From the NCBI GenBank assembly GCA_029856125.1, contig JAHQWJ010000094.1:1-28532 (forward strand): a DNA stretch of 28,532 nt. Direction: 5' to 3'. Position 1 is the first letter of the stretch. Each line of letters begins with the position of its first letter. Origin of the DNA: Promethearchaeia archaeon (GTDB lineage: Archaea > Asgardarchaeota > Lokiarchaeia > Sigyniarchaeales > SOKP01). The notes under the pieces are model-generated. The model saw only the letters and a program-made list of their open reading frames with translations, searched no databases and was not told where the DNA came from. The translations under genes were made by a program, and so were the position numbers. This document shows, in pieces, positions 9,305 through 18,015 of this stretch.

Positions 9305-9676
9305 TTGTCTGAGAATATTAGCGAGCTCACGGATTTACTAAGGAAATTATCAGCAGTAAATAGTGATATAGAGGGTTCCGCTATAGTTAGTGTTCAAGGA
9401 CTTCCAATATGTTCCGTTTTAAGTCGTAATGTCAACGATGGCATAGTTTCTGCGATGTCAGCAGCCATACAGAGCGTTTCAGAGCGAGCAGTTGAAGAAC
9501 TTGATAGAGGCGAGCTAAAAAGAATCCTTATTGAAGGACTAAATGGAATAATTGTTCTCTCTAAAGCTGGTGAAAACGCAATTTTATGCACGCTTTGTAG
9601 CGCTAATTCTAGTTTAGGTATGGTTTTTCTAAACATTCAGAGTGTTTCCAATAGAATTGCTTCACTTTTAGATTAG
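9305..9676 (+). CDS. Roadblock/LC7 (MglB-like) domain protein
   Basis: 123 aa; IEGSAIVSVQGLPI, VSAMSAAI..VSERAVEELDRGELKRILIEG, SLGMVFL pattern. TTG start with strong SD. Confidence 0.92.
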   Translation: MSENISELTDLLRKLSAVNSDIEGSAIVSVQGLPICSVLSRNVNDGIVSAMSAAIQSVSERAVEELDRGELKRILIEGLNGIIVLSKAGENAILCTLCSANSSLGMVFLNIQSVSNRIASLLD

Positions 9677-9764
9677 GAAACGCAATTATTTTTATTTTCA
9701 GTTTTAGAAAATTAAAAATTTAAGAAAAAAAAGAAAATACATTAAGTATTGTTTAAATTTAATC

Positions 9765-10169
9765 CTATTTAGTCTTTAAATCCCTTGAAGGATGTTTATC
9801 GAGATATATTTTTATTATAGCCATCAAACCGTTACCAAATCCTCCACCAATAACCCCAAATATAGCTGCTAATAGTATAACGAGTATTAAAAATATCCAT
9901 CCAGAATCTCCTCCAAAGATTAACTCTCCAAATTGATCGAGCAAAAAATAGACATTTCGTGTAAACAACCCAACTATAACATATATTCCCCATGAGAGAG
10001 TGACTCCACAAAAACCACTTAATATCCCACGTTTTAACGATTTGTTAAGCATTCCTGCAATAATCCCAGGTATAATCACTAACTGCCAAACTGGAATTAG
10101 AGTTAGCAACATTGTTAGGCATGAAACCACAATTATACTTATGTAAAACTTTCTATTTTCAATTTCCAT
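9765..10169 (-). CDS. Small Gly-rich membrane protein (about 4 TM), unknown function
   Basis: Hydrophobic segments with GxxxG motifs. The likely start is the ATG at 10169, with GGAGGT overlapping the end of the upstream acylase gene (the track start of 10211 overlaps that gene). Confidence 0.7.
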   Translation of the reverse strand: MEIENRKFYISIIVVSCLTMLLTLIPVWQLVIIPGIIAGMLNKSLKRGILSGFCGVTLSWGIYVIVGLFTRNVYFLLDQFGELIFGGDSGWIFLILVILLAAIFGVIGGGFGNGLMAIIKIYLDKHPSRDLKTK

Positions 10170-10173
10170 GCCA

Positions 10174-12756
10174 TTAACCTCCAATTGGAAAGAAATATAA
10201 TTTAGATTCAATTGAACTCGAAGGAAAGTTGTATAATGTGTTTGAGAAATATTGATAATGATATTTACCCTGTAAGAAAAGTTGTTCTAGTTGATCTGAA
10301 TAGTGTTTTGAGTTTGAAAGTCCTCGTTGTCCTGATGGTATGACGCTTAAAGAATTATTTAAGTCGCTAAAATCTATAATTAGTCGCTCGGACGCACCAC
10401 CTCTTGCGTATCCTACTCCGTTTTTTATATTGACCCCCGAAGGATTGATCGTATACCCCTCCCCATCGGCTTCATAAGGGCCTTTACTTAAGAAATCTAA
10501 CTGAGTAAGAGAGGTGAAGTAAACTTTATGAAGATCTCCCCACCTCCATGTTGTTGGATCATCTGAATTATAAAAATCTTCTAACCAATTTATAGTAGCA
10601 TTTAATGCTTGCATCATTATGTCATCTCTTGTTTCATTTTCTGGCGTGGAGATATCATTGAACCAATGGGATGATTCATTTTCTTTCATTAAATACTCTA
10701 ATACAACAATTCTAGAGCGTATATTGATCCCATATAATGTAGATTCATCGTCAAATGTAAAATCTTGGAAGAAATCTCTCCATTTACGATATATTGTTGG
10801 TGCGCTTTCTTCCTTGTCCATTATAAAACCCCAGCTTTCTAATTCAGTGAGAGCATTATTGATTTTCGTGGGAATTGTAGGACCATAATAATCGCGTGTA
10901 ACTTCAATTAACTCGGGAATGAAAGCCCTCGCTGCAGTTGAGTTCACATCGTTTTGAATAGTTTTCATAGTCTCTACACTTACAGACCCATCAACAGCAT
11001 CCATAAGCAATTCATTTATTCTTCTTGCTCTATATCCATTTGCATATTCGTTTTGTAAGAAATATTTCTTGTATTCTGGTCCTGCGATAATTTGATTTGC
11101 GGAAGCTAAATATTTTTGGGAGGGATTAAGAGAATTAGGTAATTCTTCAAAGGGAATATATCCAATCCATTCACCTTCACCGTTTGAACCGTTATAGGGG
11201 AGTGATCCGTTCCCTAAATGTCCCGGAGGTATTTTAGAATCGTCTCTAATCGGCACTTTTCCTGTTGGTCTAATAGCAATATTTCCATCTACATCTGCGT
11301 ATACAATATTTTGAGCAAGAAGAGTCCAGTATTTTGACCCCTCGTCAAATTCTGCTCTATTGTTAGCTCTATCAAACCCATTTCCAGCAAGGATATTAAA
11401 AAAATAACCGTTAGCAGTCCATTTTGGCGCCAAAACAAGGTCTACTAGAGAGGATGTAAGACCTGAATTAATTAAATCATTGAATACAGGCCCGTGAACT
11501 GTATAGTTAACTACGAACTGTATTGTCTTTCGATCTTTAACTTTTATGTTATATGTTTTTTGTGTATAAGCTGTTGATACCCCGTCGTAAATATAATTAT
11601 TTGGTCCATCCGTATTATAATAATACCAATCTATAACATCATAACCCGTATTTGTGAAACCCCAACCTACCCTTTCATTATGTCCTACGGCAACACCGGG
11701 CATCCCAGGTATTATGAAACCATAAACATGAAATCCTGTATCTTCTGCTTTTAAATGTTGTTCATACCATACACCCGGCATCAGCCAAGCAAGATGCATA
11801 TCGTTACAGAGGATTGGAGCCCCTGTATTACTCAAAGTGCCGTTAACAACCCAATTATTTGACCCGATTATTTGCTCTTTTTGGTTCTCCATTAAGGTTT
11901 TCTCTGAATCAATTTCTTGAATATTTTTTAGAAAAGTTATTATTTCCGATTTTAAAGCAGAATTTGGTTTCAAATCAATTCCCGCTTTCATAGGACTTTC
12001 AGGGAAATCCCCGTAATCGGGAACTATTGGAATTTGATAAGGTAAAGGTTCTCCAAAAAGCTCGTTATAATATGTATAATTTAAGGATTGCAAAGTAACA
12101 TATCTTTCTAAATCATGATTATTCCAAGACATTTGTCTTGCCATTTCCTGTACTAAACACAACGTGTCAATAGTCGTCCATTTAGTAGGTTTGAAATCCA
12201 TTAAATGATATTCTAATGGTATAAAATCGTTATGGGATTCAATATAGAAATTAATTCCATCAACGTACCTTTCAAATGAACTAAAAAATTCTAGTGTTCC
12301 ATTGTCATGCATTTTCCTTAATAATTCGTCAGTCTTAATAGCAGAATCCACCATACCCCTCGCGAGCATGATTTTATCGTTGGATAACATACTCTCTCCT
12401 AAAATTTCTGACATTCGTCCTTGTACTTGACGACGCCACATATCCATTTGAAACAACCTATCTTGAGCGTGACAATAACCTTGGGCAAAAAAGAGGTCTT
12501 CTTCATATTCGGCAAAAATATGAGGTATACCCCAATCATCTCGAATAACAGTAACTTCCCCTCTTAACTCTTGTATATTTAACCTTTCTGCTACGGGAAG
12601 CTCTCCCGGAACTTTCCATACTCCGTTTCCAGGAAATAAGAGGTTACCTAATGGGGGTATACCCATTAAGGGAAGTGAAAAGATAGTCATAACGATAATT
12701 GCGAGCGGTAAAAAAAAAGATAATTTTATTACAGCTTTCTTTACTAGATTTCTCAT
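10174..12756 (-). CDS. Penicillin acylase family (peptidase S45, Ntn-hydrolase), N-terminally membrane anchored
   Basis: RDDWGIPHIFA, AQGYCHAQDRLFQMD, GSNNWVV (catalytic Ser), NDMHL, WGFTN, QNIVYAD, SGQRG..SKHYSDQ; hydrophobic N-terminus. Confidence 0.95.
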   Translation of the reverse strand: MRNLVKKAVIKLSFFLPLAIIVMTIFSLPLMGIPPLGNLLFPGNGVWKVPGELPVAERLNIQELRGEVTVIRDDWGIPHIFAEYEEDLFFAQGYCHAQDRLFQMDMWRRQVQGRMSEILGESMLSNDKIMLARGMVDSAIKTDELLRKMHDNGTLEFFSSFERYVDGINFYIESHNDFIPLEYHLMDFKPTKWTTIDTLCLVQEMARQMSWNNHDLERYVTLQSLNYTYYNELFGEPLPYQIPIVPDYGDFPESPMKAGIDLKPNSALKSEIITFLKNIQEIDSEKTLMENQKEQIIGSNNWVVNGTLSNTGAPILCNDMHLAWLMPGVWYEQHLKAEDTGFHVYGFIIPGMPGVAVGHNERVGWGFTNTGYDVIDWYYYNTDGPNNYIYDGVSTAYTQKTYNIKVKDRKTIQFVVNYTVHGPVFNDLINSGLTSSLVDLVLAPKWTANGYFFNILAGNGFDRANNRAEFDEGSKYWTLLAQNIVYADVDGNIAIRPTGKVPIRDDSKIPPGHLGNGSLPYNGSNGEGEWIGYIPFEELPNSLNPSQKYLASANQIIAGPEYKKYFLQNEYANGYRARRINELLMDAVDGSVSVETMKTIQNDVNSTAARAFIPELIEVTRDYYGPTIPTKINNALTELESWGFIMDKEESAPTIYRKWRDFFQDFTFDDESTLYGINIRSRIVVLEYLMKENESSHWFNDISTPENETRDDIMMQALNATINWLEDFYNSDDPTTWRWGDLHKVYFTSLTQLDFLSKGPYEADGEGYTINPSGVNIKNGVGYARGGASERLIIDFSDLNNSLSVIPSGQRGLSNSKHYSDQLEQLFLQGKYHYQYFSNTLYNFPSSSIESKLYFFPIGG

Positions 12757-13007
12757 AATAAAACCTTTATAATTATAATAATATTAATCAAATTTTTTAT
12801 AATAAATTCTAATATAATTCTATGTCAATTCACTTTATAAAATATCTTGTTTTTTAAAATAAAGGGGTTATTTAATAAAATTAAGTTATCCAATTCTCTA
12901 TTAAGATAAGAGAGAAATTTTAATCAAGAAGTAATTATATATACAAAATCCACAATATAATATATAAAATTTAAATAAAACTAAAAAAAAAAAAATGGGA
13001 TATTAAA

Positions 13008-13706
13008 ATGGTTGATGCACTAGGTTTATTAGATGGTTTAACAGCATCGGGTATTATTTTATCAGCTACAATTTTTGCATTGTTATCGTTATATAAATCA
13101 ATAAAGTTAAAAGCAAAACTACTAACAATAGCCGCCTTAGCTATGCTCATGGTTGGTTTCCTATGGCTTGGTCCTTTTACAGATTTTATTTTGGTTACAT
13201 TCACAGGAACCAACATTACGCCTATATATTTTTATTCGTTGTTAAGTTATATGTGGGTTGCCCCAGCATTGGTATTCGCGATGTGGCTTGGTGGTGAACT
13301 TTTAATTCCAAAAAAAAAATGGATTTTAATTACAACTTTCATTTTATTAGGTGTTGTATTCGAATACTTCCTTTGGTTCCAAACGGCCCAATCCTTTACA
13401 TGGACTCTTGTTAATCCAGGAGAAGGATTAATTGATGCTAGTTTTATTAGGTCACATCCGACTTTTCTACTAATTGCTTTATTTCTCGTTTCAGCTCTAA
13501 TTTTTCTAGGTATTGGGTTTTTTATAAAAGCCAAGCAAGCAACTGGTGATTTGAGAAAAAAATTTTTCTATTTAGGGCTTGGTTTTACAATTTTCGTTGT
13601 TTGTGGAGCTTTAGATTCAATACTCACTTTACCTGTTGCTATTGGTTTTGTAAGAGTAGTAATGATGACTTTTGCACTCTGGATGTACCTAGGTTTAAAA
13701 ACATAA
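13008..13706 (+). CDS. Polytopic (about 7 TM) membrane protein, unknown function
   Basis: 232 aa with about seven hydrophobic segments and Lys-rich loops; no soluble domain. Confidence 0.75.
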   Translation: MVDALGLLDGLTASGIILSATIFALLSLYKSIKLKAKLLTIAALAMLMVGFLWLGPFTDFILVTFTGTNITPIYFYSLLSYMWVAPALVFAMWLGGELLIPKKKWILITTFILLGVVFEYFLWFQTAQSFTWTLVNPGEGLIDASFIRSHPTFLLIALFLVSALIFLGIGFFIKAKQATGDLRKKFFYLGLGFTIFVVCGALDSILTLPVAIGFVRVVMMTFALWMYLGLKT

Positions 13707-13735
13707 AAAAAAATTAAATTTCTCTTTTTTTTAAT
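13705..13735. terminator. Probable bidirectional oligo-T terminator
   Basis: A-run followed by TTTCTCTTTTTTTT between convergent stops, giving a T-tract on each strand. Confidence 0.45.
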
Positions 13736-15210
13736 TATTGCCTAATTTCTTGAACATAATCAAAAATTGTATCAATTCTACCTTTTATACTCCCAAACAA
13801 CCCTTCTTCTTCAGACACTACAGAATTAATAGCAGTTTTTAGACCGTAATGACCCTCAGAAATTAGTACTCTTATTGGAAGCGTTAAAATTTCACTTAAC
13901 AACATCAAGATTTCTTGAAAAATCTTAATGATTTTTGGGATGTTTTCTTCAGTTTTATCCATCATTGATTGATCAGATGAAATTAAACCATTTTCTCTTT
14001 CCTTTCTTAATTCTTCCCAAACATTGTCTTTTAACTCTGAAAAGTCAATTCCTAAGTTTTCAAGAGCCACTTGTGCTCCTTCAAAGAGAAAATTAAGATC
14101 ATCCTTACCCGAGAATTGTCTCACATTCTCGACCATTTCTGCTGGAGCTAAACCATCGAGAAAACTTATTAATAATTGATGATAATCGTTTATAACATCA
14201 ATAGGGATGAATAGTAACACAAATTCTCTTAACTGGTTAAAAAGGTACCCTGCTATTTTAGCAAATGTACTATTTTGCAAAGTTTTTTCGATTAATCCAC
14301 CATATTCATTAAGCAAGTGAACTGCGAGATAACCAATGATTCTTAATAAGTCGTCCTCATAATTTCTAAAATAATCGAAAAAGTGTTCTGGTTCCATATT
14401 TAATTTATCTTCAATGATCTCAGCAACTTTACTTTTAATGCCTTCCAAGGGTTCATCAAGTAGTTCTTCAATTTTATCAAGAGATAAAACTTCTTGAAGT
14501 TTATCAATAATGTCTAACTTAGTTTCTTGAACAACATCTTCTTCTGTAGATTCTTCAAATTTAACTCCAGATTTAATTCTATCTTGAATTCGAACGGAGT
14601 TTAGCTCTTTCCATTCCAGAGAATCATAAATTTTACACATAAACTGAAGATGTTCTTCGCCTTTCGCTAAACATCTCTGCTCTACTATATTAATTCTATA
14701 ATCGCTTCTTTTTATTTTAAGTATGAAATTAGCAACGCTTTCTAACATTCCCGTTAAACCGCATGCAAGACCTTCAGTATCTTTATTACTTATTTTTTGA
14801 AAACTGAAAGTATCTTCATCATCTACCCCATATCCAGCACAAAGTGGACAACTTTTTATCGTAACAAGATAATCGTTATATTTCGAGCCTTCTTTAGGAA
14901 GTTCCTCGTAGGTTAAGTCCCCCTCTTCTAATTCCTTTCCAAAAACAACGACCCATAAAAGTTCAAAATATTCAATTACTTTTCTTGGGCTGCCAGGCAT
15001 CCATTTAAAAACAGTAGTGTGACGTTCACATGATTCTGTGGCAGCTTTCTTACCGATCTCTCGAAGAATAATAATACTATCCTCTTCATCTTTCGTAATA
15101 TTGTTTATCTCTTTTAATGTTTCACGATAGAGAAGAACGTAAAATAAAGAAGTCGTGTTTCTACCAAATACTTTAGTGATTTTTTTTAATAACCATTGAA
15201 CTGCTCCCAA
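13735..15210 (-). CDS. V4R/TRAPP Bet3-fold (Trs31/Trs33-like) N-terminal domain fused to a long acidic helical region
   Basis: LFYVLLY..., LREIGKKAA, LWVVVFGKE, IKSCPLC, ACGLTGMLES, VEQRCLAKGEEHLQF. TTG start with GGAGG SD, 2 nt after the upstream stop. Confidence 0.7.
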   Translation of the reverse strand: MGAVQWLLKKITKVFGRNTTSLFYVLLYRETLKEINNITKDEEDSIIILREIGKKAATESCERHTTVFKWMPGSPRKVIEYFELLWVVVFGKELEEGDLTYEELPKEGSKYNDYLVTIKSCPLCAGYGVDDEDTFSFQKISNKDTEGLACGLTGMLESVANFILKIKRSDYRINIVEQRCLAKGEEHLQFMCKIYDSLEWKELNSVRIQDRIKSGVKFEESTEEDVVQETKLDIIDKLQEVLSLDKIEELLDEPLEGIKSKVAEIIEDKLNMEPEHFFDYFRNYEDDLLRIIGYLAVHLLNEYGGLIEKTLQNSTFAKIAGYLFNQLREFVLLFIPIDVINDYHQLLISFLDGLAPAEMVENVRQFSGKDDLNFLFEGAQVALENLGIDFSELKDNVWEELRKERENGLISSDQSMMDKTEENIPKIIKIFQEILMLLSEILTLPIRVLISEGHYGLKTAINSVVSEEEGLFGSIKGRIDTIFDYVQEIRQ

Positions 15211-15212
15211 GT

Positions 15213-15713
15213 TTAAACGCCTCCCTCTTTGTACTTAAAGTTTTGAATACAAGATTTGTGTCCAAATGTTCGAGATTCAAGAATATCAAGTGGTTCTAGG
15301 GTTAATAACGATCTTTCTTCATTAATGAGAGTTATTATTTCTGATACCATTGCCGCAATAATTTCACATCCCGCAACATCGATATCGTTCATATGATATT
15401 TGCATAAGGAACAGTCGTTGTCTTGAACCGTAATCGATTTATTTGATTTATTGATTTCTATTGAAACGCTACTATTTAAGACTTGTTTATAGATTGTTGT
15501 GATAACATCTCTCACATTTGATAAGTTAATACTATCTATCGGTTTCCAATATTTTACATAAGTTCGGGCAATATTTCGCCCCATTCTCCTTAAATTTTCT
15601 CTTGTTTCTGACACACCGTTAATTTTCATAAAACGTTCTAGGTGATAGACCATATTACGCATTTGATTCATTGTAGCATCCGACTGTATCAAATCTTCTC
15701 TGGTTAAGTTCAT
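15213..15713 (-). CDS. V4R/TRAPP Bet3 (TRAPPC3)-like single-domain protein
   Basis: RENLRRMGRNIA resembles Bet3 'KQLDKMGYNIG'; RDVITTIYKQVLN, DNDCSLC, GCEIIAAMVSE, ESRTFGHKSC. Confidence 0.72.
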   Translation of the reverse strand: MNLTREDLIQSDATMNQMRNMVYHLERFMKINGVSETRENLRRMGRNIARTYVKYWKPIDSINLSNVRDVITTIYKQVLNSSVSIEINKSNKSITVQDNDCSLCKYHMNDIDVAGCEIIAAMVSEIITLINEERSLLTLEPLDILESRTFGHKSCIQNFKYKEGGV

Positions 15714-15882
15714 TCTTCACACACTATAGGGAATTGTAGTTGAATAATAAATGAAAAATAAGCATCAATATTAATATTTTCAATTCGAATCATATATGAT
15801 TAGTATGATTTTCAAGCAAGAATTATAATCTTGTAAATCATTTATAGACATAATAAATAAAATTTCATGAAAAGATATTGAG

Positions 15883-16539
15883 GTGACTAATATAGACACT
15901 CAAATGGAAATTTTTTGGCTAGGTCACGCATGTTTTAAAATAAAAATATTTAGCGGTAGGATTATCTATTTAGATCCTTATAACATTAAAGATGGAGAAG
16001 AAAAAGCGGATATTATAGTCTCGTCTCACACGCACGGAGATCATTTTTCGAGATCGGATATTAAGAAGATTTGGCAAGAGGATACAATTTTATTAGGTCC
16101 TGCTAGTATTGAAAGTAGCTTAAAAAAATTTGATGGACAAGCTTTAGAAATCGGAGAAGAGTTCGCTTATAAAGATTTATCAATCGAATTGTTTCCAGCA
16201 TACACAATAAAGAAAAGTACTCATCCAAAAAGCAATAATTGGACGGGAACTATAATAGAATCAGCAGGTAAAAGTGTTTATCATGCTGGTGATACTGAAC
16301 GAATCCCAGAAATGAAAGATCTAAAAAAAAGAAACATAACTGTCGCACTACTTCCATGTGGAGGAACTTATACTATGGATTTCGAAGAAGCTTCTGATGC
16401 TGCTGTAGATATCCAACCTGAAATAGTTGTACCAATGCACAATTGGGAAAAAGATTTAAATTCATTTAAAGATGTTATGGCCAAGAAGGATTCTAAGATT
16501 AAAGTAGAAATTTTAACGGAAAAATCCTTGAAAATTTAA
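15883..16539 (+). CDS. Metallo-beta-lactamase-fold hydrolase (UPF0173/UlaG-like)
   Basis: WLGHACF, LDPY, SHTHGDH (HxHxDH), YHAGDT, LPCGGTYTM, VPMH. The start could be the ATG at 15904. Confidence 0.92.
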   Translation: MTNIDTQMEIFWLGHACFKIKIFSGRIIYLDPYNIKDGEEKADIIVSSHTHGDHFSRSDIKKIWQEDTILLGPASIESSLKKFDGQALEIGEEFAYKDLSIELFPAYTIKKSTHPKSNNWTGTIIESAGKSVYHAGDTERIPEMKDLKKRNITVALLPCGGTYTMDFEEASDAAVDIQPEIVVPMHNWEKDLNSFKDVMAKKDSKIKVEILTEKSLKI

Positions 16540-16609
16540 AGTTTTATTTTTTTATTTATCCTTAAAGCTAAAAGGCATTTTGATTATTAGTTTATAAAAT
16601 TAATTTGAA

Positions 16610-17224
16610 ATGAGATTGCATATGAAATTGTATAGTGTCGGTGTAAGGGGAGGGCTAAAAAAGATAAATAAAGCCGATTTTAAGGAAAATGAGGTCTTTT
16701 TAATTGATGATTCTAAAACAATGTATTTATGGTTTGGATCAAAAATACCTAAGAAGAGAAGGGATTTATCGTTAAATAAAGCAAAACTAGTGAACAGCAA
16801 AAAGGAAAACACAGCTAATATTCAAAAAATCGTTCAAAATAAAGAATATGGGGCATTTATAGCTATAAAAGATTTATTACAGAAAGGCATAAAACCTAGA
16901 CAGAATTTAGATAGAAGGCCAGAATTAGAAATACTGTATGAAGAGACTGTAGAGCTTGTTGATGCAGGATTAGATCCAGATTTAGAAGCAGAAATCACTA
17001 TTGCGACACATAAACTCTCTCAAGAAAAAAAATCTTATAAACAATTATGTAGATTGCTAGCACAATTGCAGCTCGATTTATTAAAAGGTTCAAAAAGCAC
17101 TTTAAAGAAGGATCTAGAGAAAAAAATGTTAGAAATCTTTAAATCTTCTTCCACCTATGAAGAATTATGTTGGTTAATAGCTCAATTGAAAGTAATTAAA
17201 AAAAAGCATTCATTCACTTCATAA
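16610..17224 (+). CDS. Single gelsolin-domain protein with helical C-terminal 'X' domain (1DGelX-like)
   Basis: FKENEVFLIDDSKTMYLWFGSK...IVQNKEYGAF is a gelsolin repeat pattern. The C-terminus has a duplicated YxxLCxLxAQL motif. Confidence 0.8.
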   Translation: MRLHMKLYSVGVRGGLKKINKADFKENEVFLIDDSKTMYLWFGSKIPKKRRDLSLNKAKLVNSKKENTANIQKIVQNKEYGAFIAIKDLLQKGIKPRQNLDRRPELEILYEETVELVDAGLDPDLEAEITIATHKLSQEKKSYKQLCRLLAQLQLDLLKGSKSTLKKDLEKKMLEIFKSSSTYEELCWLIAQLKVIKKKHSFTS

Positions 17225-17443
17225 TTACAAAAATTTCCGCGATTATTATTATTCAATGTAGTAGAATTGATTTTTTTCTGGTTATTTTAGCTGTGAAAAA
17301 AAATACACGACTTTTCTTAGATGTATATTAATGTTTTATAATTGATATTAATAAAAGTAATTAAATATTTATTTTGACTAATATTAAACATACACACTTA
17401 CAATCTACTTTTAAAAATATTGAAATTATCAAACTGATTAATC

Positions 17444-17803
17444 ATGACGAGAATCGAAGAACTGAAAGATTTTGGGATTGAAATTGCTGATAGTATGAAG
17501 GAAGGAAATGTGATTATAGATGTTTATACGCAATGGTGTGGACCATGCAAATTTCTAAGTCCAATTTTGGAGAAACTTAAGGATGAAGGCCTATTTGAGC
17601 TAATTAAAATTGATCTTGACCAAAATAGGGCTCTCGGTAATAGATTTGGTATAACCGCTATTCCAACTCTTCTTTTCTTCAAAAATGGAGATTTATTTGA
17701 TGGTATTATTGAAATTCAAGGTCAACCGCTTGTTAAGAATGGAATAATGATTGGAGCGGGAAATGAAGGTACTATTAGAGAAATAGTTGGAAAAATGAAT
17801 TAA
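17444..17803 (+). CDS. trxA: Thioredoxin
   Basis: DVYTQWCGPCK active site; ITAIPTLLFFKNG cis-Pro loop. Confidence 0.93.
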   Translation: MTRIEELKDFGIEIADSMKEGNVIIDVYTQWCGPCKFLSPILEKLKDEGLFELIKIDLDQNRALGNRFGITAIPTLLFFKNGDLFDGIIEIQGQPLVKNGIMIGAGNEGTIREIVGKMN

Positions 17804-18015
17804 GCTATTATTTATTAACTACAAATGCAGCATCCAAAACAAACACCTATAACATCTCTAGATTTTTTTTATTTTTAATCAAAAACTAGATTAAGCCAAT
17901 TCGTTTTAGAAAGTATCTACCCACCTTACATTTTTTGAAAGTTATTAAAAAGAAATAATTAAAAGTTAAAGATAGATTTATGATAGTAAGTAACAATAAA
18001 ACTAAATCAACGATT

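Noticed and set aside
13008-13706. 7-TM protein as a microbial rhodopsin
   Set aside because: No DxxxK-type retinal-binding motif in the last helix and no RYxDW-like helix C motif.
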